Positions 48,436-58,441 of a stretch of 64,000 bases of DNA are shown here, piece after piece. Where the stretch lies: the NCBI GenBank assembly GCA_038891035.1, contig JAWAEW010000005.1, positions 1,425-65,424 of the forward strand, written 5' to 3'. How positions within the stretch are numbered: position 1 is the first letter of the stretch; each line of letters opens with the position of its first letter. The position numbers and the translations under genes are program-made. The notes under the pieces were generated by a model. The model saw nothing but the letters and a program-made list of their open reading frames with translations. It made no database searches and was not told where the DNA came from. This DNA comes from Candidatus Anstonellaceae archaeon (GTDB lineage Archaea; Micrarchaeota; Micrarchaeia; Anstonellales; Anstonellaceae).

Positions 48436-50172
48436 ATGTGTATGGGTATATTGCATAGGATTTCTGGGCCTGTGGTGCAGGCAAAGGAGATGACTGGTGC
48501 AAAGATGTATGACCTTGTCAAAGTCGGCTATGAAGGCTTGACTGGGGAGATTATAAGAATTGTTGGAGATACCGCAACTATTCAAGTGTATGAGGAAACC
48601 AGTGGCCTGCGGCCGGGGGAGCCCGTAGAAAGCACTGGCCAACCTCTTTCTGTGGAGCTTGCACCAGGACTGCTCACCTCAATTTATGATGGCATCCAAA
48701 GGCCGCTTAATCTGCTTGCAGAAAAAGGCGGGGATTTCATTACCAGAGGGCTGAGCGTGCCTGCAATTGATAGAAACAAGAAATGGGAGTTTGTGCCTGT
48801 TGCGAAAAACGGTCAAAAAGTAAAAGTTGGCGACATAATAGGGACAGTCCAGGAAACTGAAATAATAACGCATAAGATAATGGCTCCATGGGAAGGAGAA
48901 GTGGCAAATATACGAGAAGGGAACTTCACTGTAGAGGAAACTATTTGCGAAATTGGTGGAAAACCCATGCAAATGCTTCAGAAATGGTTTGTGAGGAAAA
49001 GCAGGCCAGTTGCAGAAAAATTCGACCCCAACATCCCGCTTATAACCGGCCAGCGGATTGTGGATATGTTTTTCCCGATTGCAAAAGGAGGCACTGTTTG
49101 CGTTCCGGGACCATTTGGATCAGGCAAAACTGTCACCCAGCACCAGTTTGCAAAATGGTCTGACACCCAAATTGTGGTGTATGTAGGGTGCGGGGAAAGA
49201 GGAAATGAGATGACTGAGGTGCTTACAGAGTTTCCACATCTTGAGGATCCTTACACCAAAAAGCCTCTCATGCAGCGCACTGTGCTAATTGCAAACACTT
49301 CGAACATGCCTGTTGCTGCACGTGAAGCATCAATCTATACGGCAGTTACCATTGCAGAATACTACCGTGATATGGGATATGACGTGGCATTAATGGCAGA
49401 TTCCACAAGCAGGTGGGCAGAAGCAATGAGGGAAATTGGTGGAAGGCTGGAAGAAATGCCTGGAGAAGAAGGCTATCCAGCTTATCTTGGAAGGCGCCTT
49501 GCTGAATTTTACGAGAGGGCAGGTAGAGTACAGTGCCTTGGCTCAGACAAAAGAATTGGAAGCATAACTATAATTGGTGCAGTCTCCCCTCCTGGAGGAG
49601 ACATAAACGAACCAGTCTCACAAAACACTTTAAGAGTTACCAAGGTGTTCTTGGCTTTGGATGCGGCGTTGGCGCAGCGCAGGCACTTTCCTGCATTCAA
49701 CTGGCTAAGAAGCTATTCTCTTTATACAGATACCCTTGAGCAGTATTATATAAATAATATCTCATCTGATTGGGTTGAGCTGAGAAAGGAAGCGATGGCG
49801 CTCCTTCAAAAAGAGGCAGAGCTTCAGGAAATTGTCCAGCTGGTTGGTCCAGATGCTCTTCCTGAAAAAGAGCAGGCTATTCTCCTTTCTGCAAAGATGA
49901 TACGTGAAGACTATCTGCAGCAGTCTGCCTACCATGAAGTGGATACCTATTCTTCCATGAAAAAGGAATACCTGCTTCTGAAAAACATAATGAAGTTTCA
50001 TCATCGGGCGCTGGCAGCAGTGGAGATGGGAATTCAGCTGAAAAAAATTGCTGAGATGCCAATCAGGGAAAGAATTGCAAGGGCAAAGGAAATTCCTGAA
50101 GACAAAATAAAGGAAATTGAGACGATTGCAAATGAGATAGATAAGGCATTTGACTCTCTTGCCAAAGGGTGA
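48436..50172 (+). CDS. atpA: A-type ATP synthase subunit A
   Basis: [38 protein letters not shown]. Confidence 0.98.
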   Translation: MCMGILHRISGPVVQAKEMTGAKMYDLVKVGYEGLTGEIIRIVGDTATIQVYEETSGLRPGEPVESTGQPLSVELAPGLLTSIYDGIQRPLNLLAEKGGDFITRGLSVPAIDRNKKWEFVPVAKNGQKVKVGDIIGTVQETEIITHKIMAPWEGEVANIREGNFTVEETICEIGGKPMQMLQKWFVRKSRPVAEKFDPNIPLITGQRIVDMFFPIAKGGTVCVPGPFGSGKTVTQHQFAKWSDTQIVVYVGCGERGNEMTEVLTEFPHLEDPYTKKPLMQRTVLIANTSNMPVAAREASIYTAVTIAEYYRDMGYDVALMADSTSRWAEAMREIGGRLEEMPGEEGYPAYLGRRLAEFYERAGRVQCLGSDKRIGSITIIGAVSPPGGDINEPVSQNTLRVTKVFLALDAALAQRRHFPAFNWLRSYSLYTDTLEQYYINNISSDWVELRKEAMALLQKEAELQEIVQLVGPDALPEKEQAILLSAKMIREDYLQQSAYHEVDTYSSMKKEYLLLKNIMKFHHRALAAVEMGIQLKKIAEMPIRERIARAKEIPEDKIKEIETIANEIDKAFDSLAKG

Positions 50173-50174
50173 TT

Positions 50175-51563
50175 ATGATGAAAGAATACAAAACAATTAC
50201 TCAGATTGCAGGTCCTCTTGTATTTGTAGAGGGCGTTACAGATGTTGCTTATGGAGAGATAGTGGAAATAAAGCTGCCTTCTGGGGAAACCAGAAAAGGG
50301 CAGGTGCTTGATTCGGCAAAAGGAATAGCAGTAATTCAAGTTTTTGGTTCAACTGCCGGGATAAACACCACAGATACCTCAGTTAAATTTCTAGGAGAAA
50401 CCATGAAGCTTGGCGTCTCAATTGAGATGCTGGGAAGAGTATTCAATGGGCTGGGAGAGCCGAAGGATAAAGGCCCTGCAATCATTCCTGAAAAAAGGCT
50501 TGACATAAATGGGGCTCCAATCAATCCTTACGCACGCGATGAGCCTCGTGATTTCATCCAGACAGGAATATCTACAATTGATGGGATGAATACATTAGTG
50601 AGAGGGCAGAAGCTGCCGATCTTTTCAGGCTCAGGTCTACCTCACAATGCATTGGCAGTCCAAATTGCAAGGCAGGCAAAAGTGGTTTCAACAAAGGAAA
50701 AGGATGAGCAGTTTGCAGTGGTGTTTGCTGCGATTGGAATAACGAATGAAGAAGCTCTTTTTTTCATGAGAGATTTTGAAAGGACGGGTGCTCTTGAGAG
50801 GGCCGTGCTTTTCCTCAATTTGGCAGATGACCCTTCTGTGGAAAGGCTAATTACCCCAAGGCTTGCGCTTACTACTGCAGAATTCCTTGCATATGAGAAA
50901 GATATGCACGTGCTTGTTATAATTACTGACATGACTAACTACTGTGAAGCGTTGAGAGAAATCGCAGCTGCAAGGGAGGAGGTCCCAGGAAGAAGAGGCT
51001 ATCCAGGATATATGTACACTGACCTTTCCACAATATACGAGAGGGCAGGAAGAATAAAAGGCCGAAAAGGAACGGTCACTCAGCTTTCGATTTTGACCAT
51101 GCCTGGCGATGACATTACTCATCCAATTGCTGACCTTACAGGATATATCACAGAGGGACAGATAGTGCTGAGTAGAGATTTGCACAGGAAAAACATATAT
51201 CCGCCTGTAGACGTGCTTCCTTGCCTTTCCCGGCTGATGAATCTTGGTATAGGAAAGGATAGAACAAGGGAAGACCACAGGGGGGTTGCTGATCAGCTTT
51301 ATGCTGCGTATGCAACTGGCAGAGACTTGCGTTCGCTTGCTGCTGTGGTTGGTGAAGAGGCTCTTTCTGCAACAGACAAGCTTTACTTGAAGTTTGCAGA
51401 CATATTTGAGGAAAGATTTATCAAGCAAGGACCGAACGAAGAGAGGACAATTGAGCAGACTCTTGAGCTGGGCTGGGAGCTGCTTTCGATGTTCCCAGAA
51501 AGCGAACTGAAGAGAGTCAAAAAGGAGTTCATTGAAAAGTATGGCAAAAAGTACAGAAAATAA
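50175..51563 (+). CDS. atpB: A-type ATP synthase subunit B
   Basis: [37 protein letters not shown]. Confidence 0.98.
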   Translation: MMKEYKTITQIAGPLVFVEGVTDVAYGEIVEIKLPSGETRKGQVLDSAKGIAVIQVFGSTAGINTTDTSVKFLGETMKLGVSIEMLGRVFNGLGEPKDKGPAIIPEKRLDINGAPINPYARDEPRDFIQTGISTIDGMNTLVRGQKLPIFSGSGLPHNALAVQIARQAKVVSTKEKDEQFAVVFAAIGITNEEALFFMRDFERTGALERAVLFLNLADDPSVERLITPRLALTTAEFLAYEKDMHVLVIITDMTNYCEALREIAAAREEVPGRRGYPGYMYTDLSTIYERAGRIKGRKGTVTQLSILTMPGDDITHPIADLTGYITEGQIVLSRDLHRKNIYPPVDVLPCLSRLMNLGIGKDRTREDHRGVADQLYAAYATGRDLRSLAAVVGEEALSATDKLYLKFADIFEERFIKQGPNEERTIEQTLELGWELLSMFPESELKRVKKEFIEKYGKKYRK

Positions 51564-52214
51564 ATGGTGCAGTATATGGCAGAAACCCCCAACCCGACAA
51601 GGATGGAGCTGCTGAAAGCAAGGACAAGAGTTAGATTGGCAAGGAAAGGTCACAAGCTTCTCAAGCAAAAAAGAGATGCACTAATAATGGAATTTTTCAA
51701 GATTCTCTCCAAAGCTCAAGATTTGCGCCATGAGCTGAATGAAAAAATGAAGCAGGCCTACACTGCACTTGCAGTTGCGCAGGCATACCATGGCATGCAA
51801 GAAATTGAAGCGGCAGCTCTTGCAGTAAAGCGCGCCCCAGGAGTAAAAGTTGAGGTGCGCAATATAATGGGAGTGAAAATACCCTCACTTGAAGTTGCAG
51901 AAAGCAGAAAGCAGCTTCTTCAAAGAGGGTATTCAATAATAGGAACCAGCGCGAAAATAGACGAGGTGGCAGAAGCTTTCGAAGGGGCATTGGATATTGT
52001 CTTTAAGCTGTCCCAGACCGAAAATGCAATTAGAAGGCTCATTTTGGAAATAGAAAAAACAAAAAGAAGAGTAAATGCACTGGAATATGTGCTAATACCG
52101 CGGCTGGAAGGTCAAGCAAAGCTGATCGCATTTCGACTTGAAGAGATGGAAAGAGACAACTTTGTGATGCTCAAAAGTATAAAAAGGAAGCTTCAGAAGG
52201 AGCAAGGAAGCTGA
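51564..52214 (+). CDS. atpD: A-type ATP synthase subunit D
   Basis: PTRMEL, GHKLLKQKRDAL, KTKRRVNALE. Confidence 0.96.
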   Translation: MVQYMAETPNPTRMELLKARTRVRLARKGHKLLKQKRDALIMEFFKILSKAQDLRHELNEKMKQAYTALAVAQAYHGMQEIEAAALAVKRAPGVKVEVRNIMGVKIPSLEVAESRKQLLQRGYSIIGTSAKIDEVAEAFEGALDIVFKLSQTENAIRRLILEIEKTKRRVNALEYVLIPRLEGQAKLIAFRLEEMERDNFVMLKSIKRKLQKEQGS

Positions 52215-52218
52215 GAAA

Positions 52219-52542
52219 ATGAATGGCAAGAAAAAGATGATATACCTAATGTATGATTTTGATGAGTTATGCGGAGTATTTTCTTCGCTTGACCTTGCAA
52301 AAAAAGCAGTAGATCAACATCTTCTTCATATAAAAAACTATGTCCAAAGGAAATCATTGCAGCTTGGCTTTGGAGAAGTGGATTTTGAAATCTTTGAAGA
52401 AAAGAGTGAAAACAAACACATCTACGCTGTGCTTGCAAAGGCAAAAAATGGCAAAGATGTCCACAGAAGAAAAATAGTGGTGTTTGGAAGGCAGCAGGAC
52501 ACGTATGATTCTACCATAAAAAGGCTCTCGGAATCAATCTAA
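52219..52542 (+). CDS. Hypothetical protein
   Basis: 107-aa ORF 4 nt after atpD stop. Confidence 0.6.
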   Translation: MNGKKKMIYLMYDFDELCGVFSSLDLAKKAVDQHLLHIKNYVQRKSLQLGFGEVDFEIFEEKSENKHIYAVLAKAKNGKDVHRRKIVVFGRQQDTYDSTIKRLSESI

Positions 52543-52817
52543 TAGGGATTTCCTTTTTCTTTTTGAAATTCAGCTTGCAGATCCTTCCATGTGCGACCTG
52601 AAAATGACTCTTCAAGCTTATGTCTGCATCGTCTGGCAGCCTCTGTCTGCCCAAGCTTTTCAAAAAGCTTGAGTGCTTTTTCAAAATCACCGCCTTTTTC
52701 ATATGCTTCTGCGGCTTCTTTTTCCATTCCTACCGAAAGATAAACTTCTGCTGCCTTTACAAAAAACTGCTTGTTTTCGAGCCTGCGAGCCTTTTCAAGA
52801 AGTGCTTGCTTTTCCAT
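52539..52817 (-). CDS. Small helical-repeat (TPR-like) protein
   Basis: KAAEVY..G..KEAAEAYEKGGDFEKA; TATA 22 nt upstream. Confidence 0.7.
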   Translation of the reverse strand: MEKQALLEKARRLENKQFFVKAAEVYLSVGMEKEAAEAYEKGGDFEKALKLFEKLGQTEAARRCRHKLEESFSGRTWKDLQAEFQKEKGNPY

Positions 52818-52879
52818 ATAACCGAATAAAAACCGAACAATTTAAATGGGTGCTCATTCACAAGCCAGACGGTGAAAAC

Positions 52880-55021
52880 ATGCGTAAGGTTTTTGTGGTT
52901 TCATTGACAATTTTCTTTTTGCTATTTGTAGGCTGCCTCTCCCCTTCAAAAAATGAAGCACCTCTCAGTAGAATGTCTTCTGCAATCCATAAATTTTCTT
53001 CATGGGATGAAATTTCTGATTTGCTGCGGCTTTCCTCGGGTGGAGTTTCCGGAATGCCGCTTGTCACAACCACCATCCCTTCAGCAGTCGAACGTCAACT
53101 TTCGCAAGGTGTTTCTGTGCAGAAAACAGAGGCCCAAGCAGAGTATGCAGGAAGATACTCTCAGACAAACGTGCAAGTTGAAGGGGTGGATGAAGCAGAT
53201 ATCGTAAAAAATGATGGCAAGTATATTTATTTTGTATACAACACACCTGTAGATTTTGTCATTGCTGGGATAAGCGTATATGAAGCGGTTGGAAATATTG
53301 CAATCGTTGAAGCCTATCCACCGCAAAGGATGAATAAGGTTGGGCAGATAAGCATCCAAGACGCATACATCCAGCAGATATTTGTAAATAAAGACAAACT
53401 AGTAGTTTTTGGAAGGAAGGAAAGCCAATATTTTAGGCCGATGCCCATTGGCATCTGCCGAAGCTGCATAGTTCCGCCACGTTACTACCAGCCTCTTTCT
53501 TTTATAAGAGTGTACGACATTTCGGACAGATCAGATCCAAAGCTCCAAAAAGAAATCGAGGTGAAAGGAGATTATTTCAACTCCAGAATGATACAAAACC
53601 AAGTTTATGCGATATTTACAGATTATCCGACTTATTATGACCCTTTCCCATTTTATCGTGTGGATGGAGTTGCTAAAAAAATAGAGCCGCACGAGATTTC
53701 ATACTTTGATATTCCTTCTGAAAATTATGTATACCACCACTTTTTTGCAATTGATTTGGATAATCTGCAGGAAGAAAAAAGGCACAGGATAATTATGCTG
53801 GGCTATGGTCAGACTATTTATGTCTCATCGGAAAATATTTACATTGCGGCTGCAGATTACCCGTTTTACAGCCCATATGAAGAGGCAGCTATTGACATAC
53901 TCTACGACATCCTTCCAAAAGAAGAAAAAGATGAAATAAATAAGATTGAAAAACAAAATATTTCTGCGTGGCAGCGCAAGCTTGCAAAAACGGAAGCGAT
54001 AATTGCAGCAAGCAAAAAGCAGATACGGAAGATGAATGAAAGTGAGATTAGAAGGATTAATGAGCGATACGAACAGAAAGTAGACAGTTTGCCCAAGGAT
54101 TGGACATCTGAGAAGACGAAAATATACAAGATCTCGCTTTCTGATTTTGAGCCTTCTGGGTGGGGCGAGGTACCAGGAAGATTAATCAACCAATTTGCAA
54201 TGGATGAACAGAGTCCATATTTGCGAGTTGCAACCACTAAAACTGGGCAAGTAAGCACAAGCGGAGTATATGTCTTGGACGCAGAGTTAAAAGTTGTAGG
54301 CAAAACAGAAGGAATAGCCCCTGGAGAAAGCATTTATTCAGTAAGATTTTTAGGAGATAAGGCATACTTAGTGACGTTCAAAAGGATAGACCCGTTTTTT
54401 GTGATCGACCTGAGCGATCCTACATCTCCAAAGGTTAAGGGGAAACTAAAAATACCTGGGTACTCAACTTACCTTCACCCATACGATGAATACTACATCA
54501 TAGGCATAGGAAAGGAGGCTGTTGAGGCTAAAGAAGGAGACTTTGCTTGGCAGCAAGGGATGAAGCTTTCTCTTTTTGATGTGAGAGAACCAGAAAATCC
54601 CGTAGAGGTTGCAAAAATCGAAATAGGTGACCGTGGGACTGAATCTTATGCACTGACAGACCATAAGGCGTTTTTGTTTGACAAAGAAAAGAAACTGCTT
54701 GTGATGCCGATTCTTTTGGCAGAAATTGACAAACAAAGATATGGAGATGAAGTGCCATCTCACATCTATGGGGACTATGTATTTCAGGGAGCTTATGTTT
54801 TCGAGGTTAGCCCGGATAAAGGATTTGTTTTGCTTGGAAGAATAACACATACAACTGAAGAAGAACTTCTAAAAAGTGGGCTGTATTTCTACTCTGATGC
54901 AGAGGTCAAAAGAAGCATATACATGGACGAATATATTTATACAGTCTCAGATAGAATGATAAAGGCAAACAGGTTGCCGAACCTTGAGGAGATTGCAGCT
55001 GTAAAGCTTCAGAAAAACTGA
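52880..55021 (+). CDS. Secreted/lipoprotein beta-propeller domain protein
   Basis: SD GGTGA; LFVGC lipobox; YSQTNVQVEGVDEADIVKNDG, NQFAMDE, GESIYSVRF, LKIPGYSTYLHP. Confidence 0.88.
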   Translation: MRKVFVVSLTIFFLLFVGCLSPSKNEAPLSRMSSAIHKFSSWDEISDLLRLSSGGVSGMPLVTTTIPSAVERQLSQGVSVQKTEAQAEYAGRYSQTNVQVEGVDEADIVKNDGKYIYFVYNTPVDFVIAGISVYEAVGNIAIVEAYPPQRMNKVGQISIQDAYIQQIFVNKDKLVVFGRKESQYFRPMPIGICRSCIVPPRYYQPLSFIRVYDISDRSDPKLQKEIEVKGDYFNSRMIQNQVYAIFTDYPTYYDPFPFYRVDGVAKKIEPHEISYFDIPSENYVYHHFFAIDLDNLQEEKRHRIIMLGYGQTIYVSSENIYIAAADYPFYSPYEEAAIDILYDILPKEEKDEINKIEKQNISAWQRKLAKTEAIIAASKKQIRKMNESEIRRINERYEQKVDSLPKDWTSEKTKIYKISLSDFEPSGWGEVPGRLINQFAMDEQSPYLRVATTKTGQVSTSGVYVLDAELKVVGKTEGIAPGESIYSVRFLGDKAYLVTFKRIDPFFVIDLSDPTSPKVKGKLKIPGYSTYLHPYDEYYIIGIGKEAVEAKEGDFAWQQGMKLSLFDVREPENPVEVAKIEIGDRGTESYALTDHKAFLFDKEKKLLVMPILLAEIDKQRYGDEVPSHIYGDYVFQGAYVFEVSPDKGFVLLGRITHTTEEELLKSGLYFYSDAEVKRSIYMDEYIYTVSDRMIKANRLPNLEEIAAVKLQKN

Positions 55022-55037
55022 AACTATTCAAGTATCT

Positions 55038-55430
55038 TATTCAAAGAAAAGAGTGTTGAACGCAGGCTCTAACGGTAAATTTGGATTTTTATTATGCTCT
55101 TCTGCACTTCTTAATAGCTCAACAACATCTAGTTAGCCTGCCACTAGATGCAGTATGTGGACCCTTTCTTGAAAGCTGCAATTGGATTAAAAAAGTGCTT
55201 GCAAGATGAATTGCTAAAAGAGAATCCTGCTTTGCCGCATGACTAAGTGAGGCCGAAACATAACCAAAGTTGAAAATTTTCCAGATGCCATGCGTGTAAT
55301 GATCCAGTGGGTAGATACCGAAAGAGGCTACCACTACTTCTAAGCCAAGACAGATTCAAATGGAATATTTTCCTGAATTCGCCAAACATACAAAATCTGC
55401 AAGCATCTTTCCTAATTCGGTTTTTCGCAT
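55038..55430 (-). pseudogene. Possible degraded gene remnant (weakly ankyrin-like)
   Basis: Unusually long gap without a full ORF; fragments in different frames (SLSHAAKQ, IHLAS, HTASSG, DVVELLR). Confidence 0.25.
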
Positions 55431-55510
55431 AAATTCTTCGGTTTGGATAGAGGAGGAATCTGGCAAAATAAATGCATCAAAATGCCTTACTTGAGCATTA
55501 TAGGCAGAAG

Positions 55511-55583
55511 TAGCCCCGGACGGATTCGAACCGCCGTTCCCGGGTCCAAAGCCCGGTGTCCTTGGCCGCTAGACGACGGGGCT
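55511..55583 (-). tRNA. tRNA-Gln(TTG), intronless
   Basis: Acceptor AGCCCCG/CGGGGCT (A1-U72); anticodon arm CCGGG-CTTTGGA-CCCGG; T-arm GGCGG-TTCGAAT-CCGTC. Confidence 0.95.
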
Positions 55584-57018
55584 AGTATTGCTTTGCCACA
55601 TAGACTAATGCAGATGCCTTTTTGCCGCAAATTATGCATTTGCCTTCTGGTTTTTCTTCCTTTCCAAACCTTATTCCTCTCACATCTCCAGAAGTGCCTT
55701 CTTTGAGGTTTGATGCACAATCCTTTCCATCATTTTCTATAGAGCAAAATGGTACTGAAACCAGCTTTCCTGCCTCAAGCAAACTCTTTAAATGCTGCAA
55801 ATCAGAAGTAAAAGCAAGGCGCGATTCGAATTCTGCGAGTGCCTTCTGCTTCATATCCGAGATCTGCTGGAGGGCCTGCTGGAATATGAAAGATGAAATT
55901 TGGCTTTGTGGAACTTTATATTTGGTTCTGGTATCACGCCTAAATACGGTAAATATGCCACTTTCAACTTCTTGCTGCCCGACTTCAATTCTAAATGGAA
56001 CTCCTTGCAGTTCCCACTGATTATATTTGAAGCCGGGGGTATTTTGGGACAAATCAGCCTCTGCTAAAATACCTTCAGAAGAAAGTTGGTGTACAAGTTC
56101 AGAGGCTTTCTTCTCAACCTCAGCTTCATTTCCTTTTTTGGGTATGGGAACTACGATTACTTGGAGAGGAGCAAGCTCAAACGGCAGGACAAGCCCAAAA
56201 TCATCTCCATGTGTAGAAATCATTGCTGCATAGATGCGGGAAATTGCAGGGCCATAGCAAGTCTGCCAGCAATATTGGCTTTTGCCAGTTTCATCAAGGA
56301 ATTTGACGTTGAATGCCTTGGCAAAGTTTTGCCCCAAAAAATGTGTAGATGGCAGCTGCAAAACCCTTCCATCTGGCATCATGCAATCTGCTGCATATGT
56401 ATGGACAGCACCAGGAAACTTATCCCATTCTGGGCGCTGGAAAAATATGAACGGAACTCCGAACCTTTCGAAAATGACATTTTGGCTCATTTGCATATCT
56501 TGCATAACTTGAGCCTCGGCTTCTTCTTTGGTGGCAAAGGCATCGTGAGATTCTATCCAATAAAATTCGCGAGAACGGATAAATGGCCTGGTTGCTTTTG
56601 TTTCATATCTCCACACCTGGGCTGAGTGATAAACCTTAAGTGGAAGGTCTGACTTGCCTTGTATCCAAAGAGAAAACATCTGATACATTGCAGTTTCTGA
56701 AGTTGGGCGCAGTGCCAGTCTCTCCTCAAGAACTGTATCCCCTGCTTTTTCTACCCAAAAGACTTGCGGAGTGAAGCCTTCCACATGTTGTGCTTCCTTG
56801 TAGAAGTTGCTTTCTGGAATAAGAGCTGGAAACCAAGTTGGCCTGTGTCCTGTTCTTTCCAGCTCCCGCTCATAAATCGAGTACATCTTTTTCATAGTTG
56901 AAACTGCCCAAGGAAGAAACACTACAAAGCCTTTTACATTATAGCGGAGGTCGCAAAGCTTAGCCTCTTTTAGAAGCTCGCTGTACCATTCGGAAAATTC
57001 AGCTTTCTTGTTTTTCAT
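55582..57018 (-). CDS. proS: Prolyl-tRNA synthetase (archaeal/eukaryotic type)
   Basis: FSEWY, LRPTSET, RYETKATRPFIRSREF, HFLGQNF, C-terminal AKQY; ATG 57018. Confidence 0.96.
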   Translation of the reverse strand: MKNKKAEFSEWYSELLKEAKLCDLRYNVKGFVVFLPWAVSTMKKMYSIYERELERTGHRPTWFPALIPESNFYKEAQHVEGFTPQVFWVEKAGDTVLEERLALRPTSETAMYQMFSLWIQGKSDLPLKVYHSAQVWRYETKATRPFIRSREFYWIESHDAFATKEEAEAQVMQDMQMSQNVIFERFGVPFIFFQRPEWDKFPGAVHTYAADCMMPDGRVLQLPSTHFLGQNFAKAFNVKFLDETGKSQYCWQTCYGPAISRIYAAMISTHGDDFGLVLPFELAPLQVIVVPIPKKGNEAEVEKKASELVHQLSSEGILAEADLSQNTPGFKYNQWELQGVPFRIEVGQQEVESGIFTVFRRDTRTKYKVPQSQISSFIFQQALQQISDMKQKALAEFESRLAFTSDLQHLKSLLEAGKLVSVPFCSIENDGKDCASNLKEGTSGDVRGIRFGKEEKPEGKCIICGKKASALVYVAKQY

Positions 57019-57138
57019 GAAAAACAATGGAAGGATAATGAATAAAAATAAATGCAGCCTCCATGATACTGCTTTATAAAATTGCAATGAGTTTGGAGAG
57101 TGCCTTGATTCTGCCTTAAAGGCAGAGGGGTTGATTTT

Positions 57139-57744
57139 CTGCCGACTATTGCAAATGTAGTAAGGCTTTATCTGAAAAGAAGACCGCAGATGCTTTGGCT
57201 TGTAAATAATGGACTTTGCAACTATTCTGCGCTTGCAAGAAAACTTCAAAAGGAGCTTTATCCTAACAAAAAGAACGCCTTTGTCGCAATAAAGGCTGCT
57301 TTGCTTCGAACAGCAAAAGAATACGGGGAACTTGCGCAAAGGGACTGGGAGAAAGAAGTCGAAAGGATACTTAAGGCAAGTTCTGTTGAGATACGAACGC
57401 ATGTTGCAGTTGCATCAAGCAAAGGCAGCATAGGTGTGCCCGTAATTGCTACTGCAAGCAGCAAATCAGGAGTGATGAGTGTAGTGGATGCTGCCTACGT
57501 GCCCCAGCTGAAGAAAAAAGGGGTTAAAGTGACTGACGATTTGACGCTTGTTATACTTTGCAGCCCACCGCAGCTTCAGGAGACTCCTGGTTGCGTTGCT
57601 GCAATACTTGATGCAATCGCCACTGAAGGGATAAATGTGCTTCAGTTTATCTCTTGCCATACTGATACTTTGATGGTAATGCGTAACAGCGATGCTATGA
57701 GGGCATATGAAATATTGATGGAATTGACTGGAAAGGTAGACTAA
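57139..57744 (+). CDS. ACT-domain-containing protein with N-terminal NYSALAR helical domain
   Basis: NYSALARK; TPGCVAAIL..IA..GINV..FISCHTD; probable CTG start at 57139, first ATG at 57190. Confidence 0.8.
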   Translation: MPTIANVVRLYLKRRPQMLWLVNNGLCNYSALARKLQKELYPNKKNAFVAIKAALLRTAKEYGELAQRDWEKEVERILKASSVEIRTHVAVASSKGSIGVPVIATASSKSGVMSVVDAAYVPQLKKKGVKVTDDLTLVILCSPPQLQETPGCVAAILDAIATEGINVLQFISCHTDTLMVMRNSDAMRAYEILMELTGKVD

Positions 57745-57989
57745 AGCGGCACCCCAAAAAAAGAAAGCAGCAGAACAAGTAGCACTCCCAGTACTCCACC
57801 AAATGCAGCAATCAAGAAGGTGGCAAGATCAATTGGGACCTGAATAATTCCAAGAAATGAAAAAAGCCAAAAAATTGCAATCCCTGCAATACCATGTAAA
57901 ACCAGTGGGAGAACTTTTTTTAACAAGTGGAAAATAGAGGCCGCAATAAGAACTGAAACAACTAATGCAAGAATAATACCCCAACTCAT
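57741..57989 (-). CDS. BofA-like small membrane protein
   Basis: LVLHGIAG...VPIDLATFLIAAFGGVLGV pattern. Confidence 0.7.
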   Translation of the reverse strand: MSWGIILALVVSVLIAASIFHLLKKVLPLVLHGIAGIAIFWLFSFLGIIQVPIDLATFLIAAFGGVLGVLLVLLLSFFGVPL

Positions 57990-58020
57990 GAAAGAAGAAA
58001 CGGAAAAAAAGAATAAAGGC

Positions 58021-58437
58021 TTATTGGGCAAGTTTTCCAATTAGCTTTGCCTCTAAAACCAAAATATCCACTTTTGAAAAGCCATGCTGCCCTACAAATG
58101 CAACTTCAAATTTGTCAGGAGAACCGCAAAGGGAAGAAAAGACAGACTTTCCTCCGGGATGCTTCGGGATGAACTCTGTTATATCAAAAACTTCACCTTT
58201 ATAGACTACCCAGCAATCGGTAAGTGAAGAATGCTTTGCAAGTTCGTCTGTGGAAATCTCTGGCTGCTGCGAAAGGGAGGATTGAGGTTTCTGTTGGTTT
58301 TGAGTTTGCTCAGATTGGATTGGTTGATGCCCTTTTTCATCTAAATTTTGGTTTTCTTTAGTATTGCCCATCTTGCTTTCAGGGATGCTGCACCCTGATA
58401 AAAGCAGCATGCATAAAACTATGAAAGTCCAAAACAA
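58021..58437 (-). CDS. Cytochrome b5-like heme-binding lipoprotein
   Basis: LLSGC lipobox; ELAKH...DCWVVYKGEVFDITEFIPKHPGG; second His in GQHG. Confidence 0.85.
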   Translation of the reverse strand: MFWTFIVLCMLLLSGCSIPESKMGNTKENQNLDEKGHQPIQSEQTQNQQKPQSSLSQQPEISTDELAKHSSLTDCWVVYKGEVFDITEFIPKHPGGKSVFSSLCGSPDKFEVAFVGQHGFSKVDILVLEAKLIGKLAQ

Positions 58438-58441
58438 AACG

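Noticed and set aside
48436..50172. Intein in ATP synthase subunit A
   Set aside because: 578 aa with continuous motifs; no insertion
34635..55583. Integrated element at tRNA-Asp, tRNA-Tyr or tRNA-Gln
   Set aside because: No integrase and no duplicated tRNA 3' end noticed by eye; flanks are mostly housekeeping genes
57019..57402. 128-aa N-terminal extension of ProRS in the ORF track
   Set aside because: Overlaps the divergent ACT-domain gene; ProRS similarity begins at MKNKKAEFSEWY (57018)
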